Assembly (NCBI GenBank): GCA_963768295.1
Contig: CAVYHN010000035.1
Coordinates: forward strand, 64,062-128,061
Length of the DNA: 64,000 bases
Source of the DNA: an uncultured Gammaproteobacteria bacterium
GTDB taxonomy: Bacteria; Pseudomonadota; Gammaproteobacteria; GCA-001735895
Direction: 5' to 3'
Part shown: in pieces, positions 9,738 through 19,990 of the stretch
Numbering within the stretch: position 1 is the first letter of the stretch
Layout: the number at the start of each line of letters is the position of its first letter
Notes under the pieces: model-generated
Database searches by the model: none
Told to the model about the DNA's origin: nothing
The model's input: only the letters and a program-made list of their open reading frames with translations
Position numbers and translations under genes: made by a program

Positions 9738-10868
9738 CTATCGCTCGACCACCTGATCCCAGCACAGGTGCAGGGCATCGAGGCAGGAGTGCGCCAGCCG
9801 GCCGCAGCGCTCCGGGCTCCAGCCCTGGATCGCGTCGAGGTTGACGGTGGCATCCTTGAACGGCATTTCCAGCGTCATCACCAGCGCGCCGAAACGCTCA
9901 GCCAGCGAATTCGAACAGTAACTCATGTTCGCGTTGCCGGCGGAATTGGAGGGGTAGCCGTGTTCGACCTGGAAATCCGGATTGAGATTCGCCAGCGTCA
10001 GCTTGAATAATTCGAGCTGCGCCTGACGTTCACGATTCCAGCCCGGTATGCCTTCGGTGCCGGCGATGAAATTGTAGGGCAGTGCTTCGTCACCATGCAC
10101 GTCGAGACCGAAATCCAGCCCGGTTTGCTTTATCTTGTTGAGCACACAAAGCACCTCGGGGCTTTTTTCCAGCGTGGGATTATCCCATTCGCGGTTCAGG
10201 TTCGAACCCACCGCATTGGTGCGCAAATGTCCCCGCCGGCTGCCATCCGGGTTCATGTTGGGCACCAGATAAATGGCCGCTTTTGCCAGGATTGCATTGA
10301 CCACCGGGTCGCTGTGATCGACCAGGCGATTGATCAAGCCTTCCATCCACCATTCCGCCATGGTTTCGCCGGGATGCTGGCGCGCCACTATCCAGACCTT
10401 GCGCGCAGCCTCCGCGTCGCCGAAGCGCAAACAATCCATAGTCTGGCCGTCGAGCGTCAGGCCGAGGGTTTCCGCCTGGCAACGTTCACTGCTCTGGGCA
10501 AAGGCCAGCAGGTCGGCATGGCGCTCCATCGAGTAGGGCGCAAAATAAGCGAAGTAGACCTGGTCCTCGCTGCTGTTATGTTCGATCACCAGGTTTTCGC
10601 CGTCGAAGCTGGTATCGACCCGAAACCAGAACTCGCGGTCATAACTCGCGACCGCCTGGTAACCCTGCCAGCCTTTCTGATAGGCTGCGCCGGCGGCGTT
10701 GCCGATCAGGTACCTGCAGTCGAGATCCCTGACGTTCGCCGCGCGGAAATAAAACCACTGGTAAAAATCAGACTGACTATCCTGGCATATATTGAGCAAC
10801 ACCCTGCCCGGGTCGCTGCTGTCGACACACTCGATATTGCCGCCGTCGAACTGACTGGAAATGATCAT
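9738..10868 (-). CDS. M14 family (cytosolic carboxypeptidase-like) metallopeptidase
   Basis: FDGGNI, WFYF, RQHPGE, NPDG..GHLRTN..NLNR, DVHGDE, TLEMPFKD. Confidence 0.9.
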   Translation of the reverse strand: MIISSQFDGGNIECVDSSDPGRVLLNICQDSQSDFYQWFYFRAANVRDLDCRYLIGNAAGAAYQKGWQGYQAVASYDREFWFRVDTSFDGENLVIEHNSSEDQVYFAYFAPYSMERHADLLAFAQSSERCQAETLGLTLDGQTMDCLRFGDAEAARKVWIVARQHPGETMAEWWMEGLINRLVDHSDPVVNAILAKAAIYLVPNMNPDGSRRGHLRTNAVGSNLNREWDNPTLEKSPEVLCVLNKIKQTGLDFGLDVHGDEALPYNFIAGTEGIPGWNRERQAQLELFKLTLANLNPDFQVEHGYPSNSAGNANMSYCSNSLAERFGALVMTLEMPFKDATVNLDAIQGWSPERCGRLAHSCLDALHLCWDQVVER

Positions 10869-10949
10869 CTGCTTTCCTGTTTAAAACTTACTCTGGGCAA
10901 ACTTTTTACCCAGAGTGAAAATTAGGTATTCGCTGTGAGAGAATACTGT

Positions 10950-12044
10950 ATGCGCTACTTAATTTCGATTCCTTTGCTGCTTTTACTGTGCGGCTGTAGC
11001 AATTTCGGTTACTACTGGCACAGCGCGCGCGGGCACCTGGCGGTGATGAACCAGCGTGTCGATATCGATGATTTGCTCGAGGATCAGACGACCACGCGGG
11101 AATTGCGCGAGCGCCTGCTCCTGGTGCAGGAAATCCGGCGCTTTTCGGTGGGGCGGCTGGCGTTGCCCGAAAACGACAGTTATCGGAGTTTCGTCGAGCT
11201 CGATCGGCCATACCTGATTCAGAACCTGTTCGCGGCGCCCGAATTTTCGACCCGCCTGGAGCGCTGGTGTTACCCGATTATCGGCTGCGCCAGCTATCGC
11301 GGCTACTACGACGAAGATCGTTTACGCGCCTATGTCGAAAAGCTCGAATCCAGAGGCCTCGAAGTGCATATCGGCAAGGTGTCGGCCTATTCGACGCTGG
11401 GCTGGTTCGATGACCCGGTACTAAGCAGCTTTATCAACTGGCCGGATCACCGTCTCGCGGGTCTGCTGTTTCACGAGTTGACCCATCAACAGATTTACAT
11501 CGACGACGACACGACCTTCAATGAATCCCTGGCTTCGGCAGTGCAGCTGGTTGGCACCGAACTCTGGCTCGAGTCGCGCGGTCAGCAGGATGAACTCGAA
11601 AAATTATCACGTTGGTCGTTATACCGCGCCGAAGTCATCGAGTTGATCGAATCCACCCGCAGGCGGCTGGCACGGATTTATGACAGCGACAGCAGCGATG
11701 CCGACAAACGCCATGACAAGGCCGAGATTTTCGCCGAGGCGCGCACCAGCCACCGGGATATCGCCGCGAAACACGGCGTCAGCGGAGGCTTCAGCGCATG
11801 GTTCGCCGGCGAACTCAACAACGCCAAAATCGGTTCGGTCGCTGCCTATAACTCACAAGCGCTGGCTTTCATCAACATGCTGCGCGCACACGAGCTGGAT
11901 TTCACCGCATTTTATGACTATGTCGCGGCCGTTGGCGAGCTTGGCAAAACCGAACGCGATAGCTGTCTCGACGCCTGGAGCCGGCAGCATAAAAGCAGGG
12001 ACGATTGTCCTGAAATGCAGAAGGCCGTCGCTACTGCTTCTTGA
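10950..12044 (+). CDS. Putative zinc aminopeptidase lipoprotein (DUF2265-type)
   Basis: Lipobox LCGC, WCYPIIGC, AYSTLGWFDDP, HELTH..FNES. Confidence 0.85.
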   Translation: MRYLISIPLLLLLCGCSNFGYYWHSARGHLAVMNQRVDIDDLLEDQTTTRELRERLLLVQEIRRFSVGRLALPENDSYRSFVELDRPYLIQNLFAAPEFSTRLERWCYPIIGCASYRGYYDEDRLRAYVEKLESRGLEVHIGKVSAYSTLGWFDDPVLSSFINWPDHRLAGLLFHELTHQQIYIDDDTTFNESLASAVQLVGTELWLESRGQQDELEKLSRWSLYRAEVIELIESTRRRLARIYDSDSSDADKRHDKAEIFAEARTSHRDIAAKHGVSGGFSAWFAGELNNAKIGSVAAYNSQALAFINMLRAHELDFTAFYDYVAAVGELGKTERDSCLDAWSRQHKSRDDCPEMQKAVATAS

Positions 12045-12345
12045 TGAAGTTGGCGTACTTGGTGAATACAGCCTTGTAATCCTCGAGATTCTCTTCCAGC
12101 ATTTCCTCGTACTGACCCTGAAAGAATTGCCGCGCCCGGGGTAAATCCTTTTCGTAATCTTCCAGGGTGTTCGCATGCTGCGAAACGACATGGGCATTGA
12201 AACGCGCGGCCGCATAGAGCAGCGCCAGACCAACGTTTTCCTGACTGTTGGTTTCGGCAAATTCGTTGGCGCGATCGATAAACAAATCGATCATGCGCCG
12301 GTAGATTTCATCGAGCTCTTCGTCGCTAAGCGTAGCGTCAGCCAT
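12031..12345 (-). CDS. DUF3144 domain-containing protein
   Basis: FIDRANE..ALLYAAARFNA..YEEMLEENLEDY pattern. Confidence 0.75.
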   Translation of the reverse strand: MADATLSDEELDEIYRRMIDLFIDRANEFAETNSQENVGLALLYAAARFNAHVVSQHANTLEDYEKDLPRARQFFQGQYEEMLEENLEDYKAVFTKYANFIKKQ

Positions 12346-12524
12346 GATCATATTCCGCGCAGTGAAACAGCGACGATATTAACACGTGCCACGGCCAGGA
12401 CTTAACACAATCCTAACCTGAAGGTACCTGCCTCCTGAAGCGATCTGGAGATTTTCACATGCGCCATCTTCCCGCTGTATGACAGCGTGTATTGGGCCCG
12501 CACGCGCGCGGACTGGCGATTTAA

Positions 12525-13790
12525 CTAGCTGGGTCGGTCTTCGAGGTGTGCGGCGATCATTTCGGTCAGGCCGAGCAGTTCGACGTCCATTTCATTGGTC
12601 TCGACGCCTTCCTCCATGACCATGCGGCAGTTGGAGCAGGCGGTGACCACGGCTTTGGCGCCGGTTGCCTCGATCTGCGACTTCTTCTTGTTGAATGCGG
12701 TCAGTTTGAGGTCTTCGGCGCGTTCGTTGCTGCTGACGCCGCCACCGCCGCCGCAGCACCAGTTCATATTGCCATGATCGGTCATTTCGACGAAGTTCTC
12801 GGAGATCGAATCCAGCAGGTTGCGCGGTTGCGCATTGATGCCGCCGCGGCGCACGATCGAGCAGGGATCGTGGAAGGTCAGACGCTCGCTTTCCATGCCG
12901 GTGGTCTTGATCCTGCCTGCCGCCTGCAACTCGTCGAGTAGTTCCATGATATGCACCACTTTGAAAGTGTAAGCCTTGCCGATGAAGTTCGGTCCTTCCC
13001 AGCGCAAAGCGGTATAGGCATGACCGCACTCGGGACTGATTACGTTCTTGACTTTCAGTTTCTCGGCGCCGGCGACTACCCTTTCCACCAGCTGCCCGGC
13101 GATCGCCTTATTGCCGATCTGCAGGCCCGAATTGGTCGCTTCGTAAGCAGCGGAAGACAAAGTCCAGCTGACGCCGGCGTGATCGAAGATTTTTGCCAGC
13201 GACTCGATGTATTCGGGATACAGCGCAATTTCGTTCGAGGATAACAGCGCCATGTAGTCGGCGCCCTCGACATCCATCGGGATTTTCAATCCGGTATTTT
13301 CCTCGGCGTGCTTGATCGTCGCCATCACCGCCTTCATCGTAATCCCCATCGGACTACCGATATCGACCGCGCGCTGAGTGGCTCCGACCAATCCTTCCGG
13401 AGAAATACCAGCCTTGGCAAGCGCATGCTTGACCTTGAAAATCATGCCGGAAATATCGACCCCGACCGGGCACACCATGCTGCAGCGACCGCACATCGAA
13501 CAGCCGTCGTAAACCAGTTCTTCCCAGTCGGTCAGGTCCGATTCCGTCATCGGCCTGGAGAGCCCGATGGCCGAGGTAATCTTGCCCCACAGGCTGTACT
13601 CGTTACGCCATAATTTGCGCAGCGGCTCGGTTTTATAGATCGGCGTATAGCGCGGGTCCCGGGTCTCTGTGTAAAACAGGCAGGACTCGGCACAGATGCC
13701 ACAGTTGACGCAGCTCGAGAAGAAGGACTTAACCTTGCTATCGACTTCGGAACGCAGTACCTCTAAACCTTTCTCTAACTTTTCGCTCAT
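12525..13790 (-). CDS. DsrK/TmcB/HdrD-like Fe-S protein (two 4Fe-4S motifs plus CCG domain)
   Basis: CVNCGICAESC and CSMCGRCSMVC; EATNSG, ECGH, HDPC, CCGGGGG, ACSNC. Confidence 0.85.
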   Translation of the reverse strand: MSEKLEKGLEVLRSEVDSKVKSFFSSCVNCGICAESCLFYTETRDPRYTPIYKTEPLRKLWRNEYSLWGKITSAIGLSRPMTESDLTDWEELVYDGCSMCGRCSMVCPVGVDISGMIFKVKHALAKAGISPEGLVGATQRAVDIGSPMGITMKAVMATIKHAEENTGLKIPMDVEGADYMALLSSNEIALYPEYIESLAKIFDHAGVSWTLSSAAYEATNSGLQIGNKAIAGQLVERVVAGAEKLKVKNVISPECGHAYTALRWEGPNFIGKAYTFKVVHIMELLDELQAAGRIKTTGMESERLTFHDPCSIVRRGGINAQPRNLLDSISENFVEMTDHGNMNWCCGGGGGVSSNERAEDLKLTAFNKKKSQIEATGAKAVVTACSNCRMVMEEGVETNEMDVELLGLTEMIAAHLEDRPS

Positions 13791-13808
13791 CGGTCGATTA
13801 CCTCTCTT

Positions 13809-14450
13809 CTATGCATCGATTCCGCGGCGACCAAACCACGCCCCGGTGAAGGCCCTGCTCGGGATAAAGGTGAAGGTATGCATCAAGGCGCTGAACGGGA
13901 AATAAATCAACCACAGCTCAACGGTGAAGCGATGCAGCAGGCGCAGGCCGGTAGAGCCTTCTAGCAACGCGAAACAACCGGTCAGCATCACCACAAAGGT
14001 CAGTATCGCGGCAATATGATCGTCCAGGGTCGAGATCAAACGACTCACGGGATTAACCATGCGCCGCACCCACAGGAAAATCAGCCCGAGGAATGCCGCC
14101 TGTGCGGAAACGATGAAAGCCCAGTGCGGCAACGGAGTCCAGCCAAAACCGAGCAGGTTTTCCTCGAGAAAGACGACGTGTGGCGCCGCAAAAAACAACA
14201 ACGCGAACAGGCCCAGGTGAAACAGGTAACCCGCCACCAACTGGACCTTGATTTGCGAGGAAATTTCCTTATGCGGAATAAAGCGGCTAAAAATCGTTTT
14301 GACCGCGCCCGATGAGGCAGAGTCGCGTGCTACCGACAGGTCCGGCTTGCGACTCGCGAATATAATCGATACCAGCTGCCAGACAACGCCGATTACAAAC
14401 ACGGCCAGCGAGAAATACCACAGCGGCCCATCAATCAGATACTCGATCAT
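13809..14450 (-). CDS. NarI/DsrM/TmcC-like membrane b-type cytochrome
   Basis: About 5 hydrophobic helices with His at FHLG, APHV, LLHR and LMHT; W.IYFPFS.LMH motif; ATGA overlap with the FDH gamma gene. Confidence 0.75.
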   Translation of the reverse strand: MIEYLIDGPLWYFSLAVFVIGVVWQLVSIIFASRKPDLSVARDSASSGAVKTIFSRFIPHKEISSQIKVQLVAGYLFHLGLFALLFFAAPHVVFLEENLLGFGWTPLPHWAFIVSAQAAFLGLIFLWVRRMVNPVSRLISTLDDHIAAILTFVVMLTGCFALLEGSTGLRLLHRFTVELWLIYFPFSALMHTFTFIPSRAFTGAWFGRRGIDA

Positions 14451-15499
14451 TTGCCTTGCTCCGCTGTCGCCATTTCATCAGTCTGCCCGGGCTTTTGCCC
14501 CTGCAATCGCGCATACTCCTCGGCCGAGATAATCAGGTTATCCTCGTGGCAAACCTTGCCCCAGCGGTCATGGTGCGCGTCGGCCCAGTTGATATCGACA
14601 TAACCGGTTTTCATGCCTTCCAGTGCACCCTCACTGCCAATCGATCCCAGGTACATGTGACCTATCGACACCGCGATTAGGATTATCGCCCCGATCGTGT
14701 GCACGATATGGGAAAGCCCCATGATCAAGCGCCCCTGACCAAAATTGGGGGACACCAGGATCAGGCCGCTGATTGCGATAACGAGACCGATCAGAATCAC
14801 CATCCAGTACCAGGTTTTCTCGCCCATATTGAAGAACCCGCCGGATGCGTGGCCGTCACCGATCAATCCGCCGCCCTTGAGCAGCCAGGTCATATCGCCC
14901 CTTTCATAAATGTTACGCCGCGCAAAACTGATCAACATCATGATCAGCGAAACCAGGAACAGGGGACCAAACAGGTTGTGGCCCTCTTTACTGGCGGAAG
15001 CCAGGATCGAAAATACTTCCTTGCCAAATAGCGGCAACAACAGCGGTCGACCCAGCAGCAGGATCAATCCGGTGATAGCGAGGAACAGGAATACGATCGC
15101 CAGGGTCCAGTGCACGACCCGTTCGTAATCGGTAAACCGATGCACCATGCTGCCAGATAAACCACCCTCGATCGGTACCCGGCCACGCACCACGTAGAAC
15201 AGCACGATAATCGCAAAGATTCCGGCGATCGCGATACCGCCGAATGTAGACAATTGGTCCATGCGAAAACGCGCCCATTGATCGCCGCGCACGTTGATCA
15301 GGATGCCGCTATCGACACCCTTTACCTGGCTGGTACCGGAACTCTGCAGATCGCGCTGCCTGACTTCGCGCCACAGGTCGCCGCCAAGACTCTGGGAACT
15401 GACGCCCTCGGGGAAATTATTCTGTTTTGGCGGCCCGTCGGCCAGGGACAACTGCGGCAACAGCAAGCCCACCAGTAATAACAGTGTTTGAATATTCAC
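14447..15499 (-). CDS. Formate dehydrogenase gamma subunit (cytochrome b556-like) with periplasmic N-terminal extension
   Basis: ERVVHW..LAITG, GHN, FFNMGEK..W, GHMYLG..GALEGMKTGYVD..WA..HH. Confidence 0.92.
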   Translation of the reverse strand: MNIQTLLLLVGLLLPQLSLADGPPKQNNFPEGVSSQSLGGDLWREVRQRDLQSSGTSQVKGVDSGILINVRGDQWARFRMDQLSTFGGIAIAGIFAIIVLFYVVRGRVPIEGGLSGSMVHRFTDYERVVHWTLAIVFLFLAITGLILLLGRPLLLPLFGKEVFSILASASKEGHNLFGPLFLVSLIMMLISFARRNIYERGDMTWLLKGGGLIGDGHASGGFFNMGEKTWYWMVILIGLVIAISGLILVSPNFGQGRLIMGLSHIVHTIGAIILIAVSIGHMYLGSIGSEGALEGMKTGYVDINWADAHHDRWGKVCHEDNLIISAEEYARLQGQKPGQTDEMATAEQGK

Positions 15500-15596
15500 G
15501 TACTTTAGCCCTTATTATTCACAGGTCTGCGCAATCGGCTTCTCCCGAAGAACTCGATACGTCCCTGTATCGATACCGTCAAACTTAAGGAAATAC

Positions 15597-16181
15597 TTAG
15601 CCGGTGACCTTGGCGTTACCGCCCCAGTTAAAGGCGCTGGAGCCGCGATTGATTACCCGCTTGCGGTAAATATCGGACACGACGTCGGCATCGCCCGAAA
15701 GCAGTGCCTTGGTGGAGCACATTTCAGCGCATAGCGGCAGCTTGCCTTCGGAGAGGCGATTGCGTCCGTATTTCTTGTACTCATCCGAACTGTGGTCCTC
15801 TTCCGGCCCACCGGCACAGAAAGTGCATTTGTCCATTTTTCCGCGCGAAGCGAAAGCGGCTTCCTCGGGGAACTGCGGCGCGCCGAACGGACAGGCGTAA
15901 AAGCAGTAGCCGCAGCCGATGCAGATATCCTTGTCGTGCAGCACGATGCCGTCTCCCGTCGTATAGAAACAGTCGACTGGGCAAACCGTTGCACAGGGCG
16001 CATCGGAACAATGCATGCAAGCCACCGACAGCGACCGTTCGCCCTCTTCACCATCCTTGATGGTGACCACCCGGCGGCGGTTCACGCCCCAGGGAATCTC
16101 GTGCTCGTTCTTGCAGGCGGTTACGCAGGCATTACATTCGATGCAGCGTTCGGCATCACAGTAAAATTTCATTCTAGCCAT
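15597..16181 (-). CDS. fdh3B: Formate dehydrogenase FDH3 beta (Fe-S) subunit
   Basis: MARMKFYCDAERCIECNAC, CMHCSDAPC, CIGCGYC, KCTFCAGG..CAEMC. Confidence 0.93.
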   Translation of the reverse strand: MARMKFYCDAERCIECNACVTACKNEHEIPWGVNRRRVVTIKDGEEGERSLSVACMHCSDAPCATVCPVDCFYTTGDGIVLHDKDICIGCGYCFYACPFGAPQFPEEAAFASRGKMDKCTFCAGGPEEDHSSDEYKKYGRNRLSEGKLPLCAEMCSTKALLSGDADVVSDIYRKRVINRGSSAFNWGGNAKVTG

Positions 16182-16198
16182 TTTATTATCCCCCCTGC

Positions 16199-19090
16199 TT
16201 AAGCTTTGGTTATGCGGCAAAGACTACATTTCGATTCCTGCATCTGCGTCACCGAATCGTAGCCATAGGTCATCGCGGTATTGGCCGCCTCGCCCAGAAT
16301 GTAGGGATCGGCACCTTCCGGATACTTGTCGCGTAAATCCTTGCCTTGCATATGCCCGGCAAAGTGGAACGGCATGAATGCCACCCCGGAGCCAACGCGC
16401 CGCGTTATCATCGCCTTGACCTTGACCTTGGCGGCTTCGGCGCCCTCGACCCAGACGTCGTCCCCATCCTTGATACCATTATTATTGGCGTCTCGCGGAT
16501 GGATTTCGACGAACATGTCCTGCTGCAGTTCAGCCAGCCACGCGTTGGAGCGGGTTTCGTCACCGCCACCCTCGTATTCAACCAGCCTGCCCGACGTCAG
16601 GATAATCGGATATTCCTTGGAATAATCGGTGTCCTGGATCGACTTGTAGCGCGTCGGCAATCTCCAGAAGGACTTGCGATCTTCGTAGGTCGGGTATTTC
16701 TCGACCAGATCGCGCCGCGACGTGTACAGCGGTTCGCGGTGAATCGGCACCGGATCCGGGAAGGTCCAGACCATCGCTCGCGCCTTGGCGTTACCGAAGG
16801 GCGAACAGCCGTGTGCGATGGCAACGCGCTGGATACCACCCGAAAGGTCGGTTTTCCAGTTCTTGCCCTCGGCCGCCTGCTGCTCTTCCGGCGTCAGGTC
16901 GTTCCACCAGCCCAGCTGCTTCAACACCTTGTCGCTGAATTCGGGATAACCATCCTTGATATCGGAGCCTTTGCCGAAGGAGCCTTCCGCCAGCAGGTTG
17001 GTACCGTTGCGTTCGACACCGAAGCGGGCCCTGAAAGTCAGGCCGCCATCGGCCACGTTTTTCGACGTGTCGTACAGGTTTGGCGTGCCCGGATGGTTCA
17101 TTTCCGGGGTTCCCCAGGAAGGCCATGGCAGGCCGTAGTAATCGCCATCGGCGGGGCCGCCCTCGGCCTTGAGCGTGTCGTAGTCGAAGGTGCCCCAGTT
17201 CTCCTGGTGCTTCTTCAGGCGTTCCGGGCTCTGGCCGGTATAGCCAATGGTCCACATACCGCGGTTGATTTCGCGCAGCACATCCTCGACCAGCGGCTCT
17301 TCGCCGTTTACCTGGATATTCTTGAACATCTGGTCGGCGAGGCCGAGCTTCTTCGCCAGCTTGTACATGATGACGTGGTCGGGTAATGACTCGAACAACG
17401 GTTCGATGACCTTTGAGCGCCACTGGAACGAGCGGTTGGAAGCCGTCACCGAGCCGTAAGTCTCCATCTGCGTAGAGGCCGGCAACAGGTATATTCCATC
17501 CTTGCGATCCGGCATGACCGCGCTCGCGGTCGGATAGGGATCGACGATGACCATCATCTCGAGCTTATCCATCGCCTTTTGCTGCTCGACGCCACGGGTC
17601 TGGCTGTTGGGTGCGTGACCCCAGAAAAACATCGCCTTCAATTTATCCTTCTGCGCGATATTTTCCTTGTCCTCGAGCACACCGTCGATCCAGCGCGAAA
17701 CCGGAATCCCCTTGGTGTTCATGACGTGGACGTCCTTGCCCTTGCTCTGCTCGTAGCTGCCGCTGTCGAACTGGCCCTTGATCCATTCGTAATCGAGATC
17801 CCAGACGCGCGACCAGTGCTTCCATGAACCGGCTGAAAGACCGTAGTAGCCCGGCAGCGTGTTGGACAGAACACCGAGGTCGGTGGCGCCCTGGACGTTG
17901 TCGTGGCCGCGGAAGATATTGGCGCCGCCACCGGAAACACCCATATTGCCCAGCGCCAGCTGGAAGGCGCAGTAAGCGCGGGTATTGTTGTTACCGATGG
18001 TGTGCTGCGTGCCGCCCATACACCAGATGAAGGTGCCGGGACGGTTATCTGCCATCGCCTTGGCTGCCGCGAAGACCTGGTCTTCCGGCACGCCGGTGAC
18101 ATTTTCGACTTCCTTGGGATTCCATTTCCTGACTTCGGCCATAACCTCGTCCATGCCGTAGACCCGCTGGCGGATGAATTCCTTGTCTTCCCAGCCGTTC
18201 TGGAAAATGTGCCACATCATGCCCCAGATAATGCCGACATCGGTGCCGGGGCGGATGCGCAAATAGTGATCGGCGTGTGCAGCGGTGCGGGTGTATCGCG
18301 GATCGATGACGATCACCGGCGCATTATTCTCTTCCTTGGCCTTGAAGATGTGCTGCAATGCGACCGGATGCGCCTCGGTCGGGTTGGAACCGATCAACAA
18401 TATCGACTTGGAAAAGTGGATATCGTTGTAGGAGTTGGTCATCGCACCGTAACCCCAGGTATTGGCTACCCCGGCTACCGTGGTGGAGTGACAGATACGC
18501 GCCTGGTGATCGACATTATTGGTGCCCCACATGGCGGCGAATTTACGGAACAGGTAGGCCTGTTCATTGCTGTGCTTGGCTGAACCGAGCCAGAAAACCG
18601 AATCTGGACCCGACTTTTCGCGGATATCGAGCAACTTGTCGCCGATCTCGTTGATCGCCTCGTCCCAGGAAATCTTTTTCCATTTACCGTCGACCAGCTT
18701 GGTCGGGTATTTGAGACGGCGTTCGCCGTGGCCGTGCTCGCGGATCGCGGCGCCTTTGGAGCAGTGCGCGCCCTTGTTGAAGGGATGATCAAAAGCCGGC
18801 TCCTGCCCTGTCCAGACGCCGTTTTGAACTTCTGCGACAATGCCGCAACCGACCGAGCAATGAGTGCAGATTGTCTTGATCTGCTCGATTTTGCCACCCG
18901 GCGTGGCCGAAGTTGCCGCATCGGCTTTTTTCATCATCACCGGCGTGACCGTGGTCGCCAGCGCGGCGCCACCGGCCATCAGGCTTGAATTTCTTAGAAA
19001 AGTACGGCGGCTAATCGCCCCTGGCAAAGCTTTGCGCGTATTGTTGGCAGTGGTTTTGTCGACCGTACAGGACTTGGTTAATTTTTTCAT
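16199..19090 (-). CDS. Formate dehydrogenase alpha subunit (Mo/W-bis-PGD, Cys-ligated, Tat-exported)
   Basis: SRRTFL Tat motif, CTHCSVGC..C Fe-S motif, DHQARICHSTT (Cys rather than Sec), RGHDNVQG. Confidence 0.95.
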   Translation of the reverse strand: MKKLTKSCTVDKTTANNTRKALPGAISRRTFLRNSSLMAGGAALATTVTPVMMKKADAATSATPGGKIEQIKTICTHCSVGCGIVAEVQNGVWTGQEPAFDHPFNKGAHCSKGAAIREHGHGERRLKYPTKLVDGKWKKISWDEAINEIGDKLLDIREKSGPDSVFWLGSAKHSNEQAYLFRKFAAMWGTNNVDHQARICHSTTVAGVANTWGYGAMTNSYNDIHFSKSILLIGSNPTEAHPVALQHIFKAKEENNAPVIVIDPRYTRTAAHADHYLRIRPGTDVGIIWGMMWHIFQNGWEDKEFIRQRVYGMDEVMAEVRKWNPKEVENVTGVPEDQVFAAAKAMADNRPGTFIWCMGGTQHTIGNNNTRAYCAFQLALGNMGVSGGGANIFRGHDNVQGATDLGVLSNTLPGYYGLSAGSWKHWSRVWDLDYEWIKGQFDSGSYEQSKGKDVHVMNTKGIPVSRWIDGVLEDKENIAQKDKLKAMFFWGHAPNSQTRGVEQQKAMDKLEMMVIVDPYPTASAVMPDRKDGIYLLPASTQMETYGSVTASNRSFQWRSKVIEPLFESLPDHVIMYKLAKKLGLADQMFKNIQVNGEEPLVEDVLREINRGMWTIGYTGQSPERLKKHQENWGTFDYDTLKAEGGPADGDYYGLPWPSWGTPEMNHPGTPNLYDTSKNVADGGLTFRARFGVERNGTNLLAEGSFGKGSDIKDGYPEFSDKVLKQLGWWNDLTPEEQQAAEGKNWKTDLSGGIQRVAIAHGCSPFGNAKARAMVWTFPDPVPIHREPLYTSRRDLVEKYPTYEDRKSFWRLPTRYKSIQDTDYSKEYPIILTSGRLVEYEGGGDETRSNAWLAELQQDMFVEIHPRDANNNGIKDGDDVWVEGAEAAKVKVKAMITRRVGSGVAFMPFHFAGHMQGKDLRDKYPEGADPYILGEAANTAMTYGYDSVTQMQESKCSLCRITKA

Positions 19091-19108
19091 TTCACTCCCC
19101 CTCTCGGC

Positions 19109-19315
19109 TTAAATGCCAGCGGACTTGTAGTAGTCAAGAACATGCTGGGTTAGCTGGTAACCCTTCTGACCTGGTTTTTCTGTGACTTCGCCACTGACAT
19201 CGGCAATGGCCCTGGTGCTCGCCAGGGTAGTCGCTGCCACACCTGCTCCAACGAGGGTGGACTTTTTGATAAATTCTCGGCGTTCCTGATCCTTGGGTTG
19301 TCTTTTGTTTTTCAC
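19109..19315 (-). CDS. Small twin-arginine signal peptide protein of FDH operons
   Basis: GTG start after GGAGGAG; RREFIK; C-terminal GYQLTQHVLDYYKSA typical of these peptides. Confidence 0.8.
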   Translation of the reverse strand: MKNKRQPKDQERREFIKKSTLVGAGVAATTLASTRAIADVSGEVTEKPGQKGYQLTQHVLDYYKSAGI

Positions 19316-19359
19316 GTGCTTCTCCTCCACAGGGTATCTAGAGTTTGTTCGTTTGTGTG

Positions 19360-19971
19360 TTAACTGCGCATCGAGAGGTAGGCTTGCTCCAGTTCGATAA
19401 AGGCGGCGCCGAAGCGCGCAACCGGTTTGTAAAATTCGGCGGACCGGGCCTTGCCCAGATCTGCAAAAAACAGCTTGAGCCACGGTTGCATGTGTTTTTC
19501 GAAGAAACCTTGCTGCTGATCGAGGCTAGAAGCGTCGTTGATCATAGCAGAAAAAACTTCAAAAATCGCGGCCGCGTGATCCTCGGGTTCGTGCGTATTC
19601 TCATCGCGCTCGAAGCCGAGCGTCTGCAAATCGTCGCGCAGGTCGCTAAGTGGCTGCTCCATCAGGAATCCTGTCAGATACCAGGAACCATAAGGTACCA
19701 CTTCACCCTTACCGACGCCGATAAAGAGTGCATTATATTCGTCTTCGAGTTGATCCAGATCAAATTTCCCGGCGGCGCTGGCAAGCCCCGCCATCGCCTC
19801 CGATAGCTCATCGGCTTCACCGTCACTTTCTGGTGACAGTTTGCCCAGGTGATCCAGCAGCGCCTGGTCCGGAACGGCGCGCAGCATTGCCGCCAGCAGG
19901 CTATAGGCGGCGGCGCGATAACGTTGTTCATTTTCAATCACGGGGTCGGCGCCTGGTATGTCTGTCTCCAT
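19360..19971 (-). CDS. TorD/DmsD family molybdoenzyme chaperone
   Basis: EYNALFIGVG..PYGSWYLTGFL, EPEDH, FFEKHMQPW. Confidence 0.9.
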   Translation of the reverse strand: METDIPGADPVIENEQRYRAAAYSLLAAMLRAVPDQALLDHLGKLSPESDGEADELSEAMAGLASAAGKFDLDQLEDEYNALFIGVGKGEVVPYGSWYLTGFLMEQPLSDLRDDLQTLGFERDENTHEPEDHAAAIFEVFSAMINDASSLDQQQGFFEKHMQPWLKLFFADLGKARSAEFYKPVARFGAAFIELEQAYLSMRS

Positions 19972-19990
19972 TGATTCCTCCCCTGATTGA

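Noticed and set aside
16199-19090. Selenocysteine in FDH alpha
   Set aside because: The active-site position reads ICHSTT with an ordinary Cys codon and the ORF has no internal TGA.
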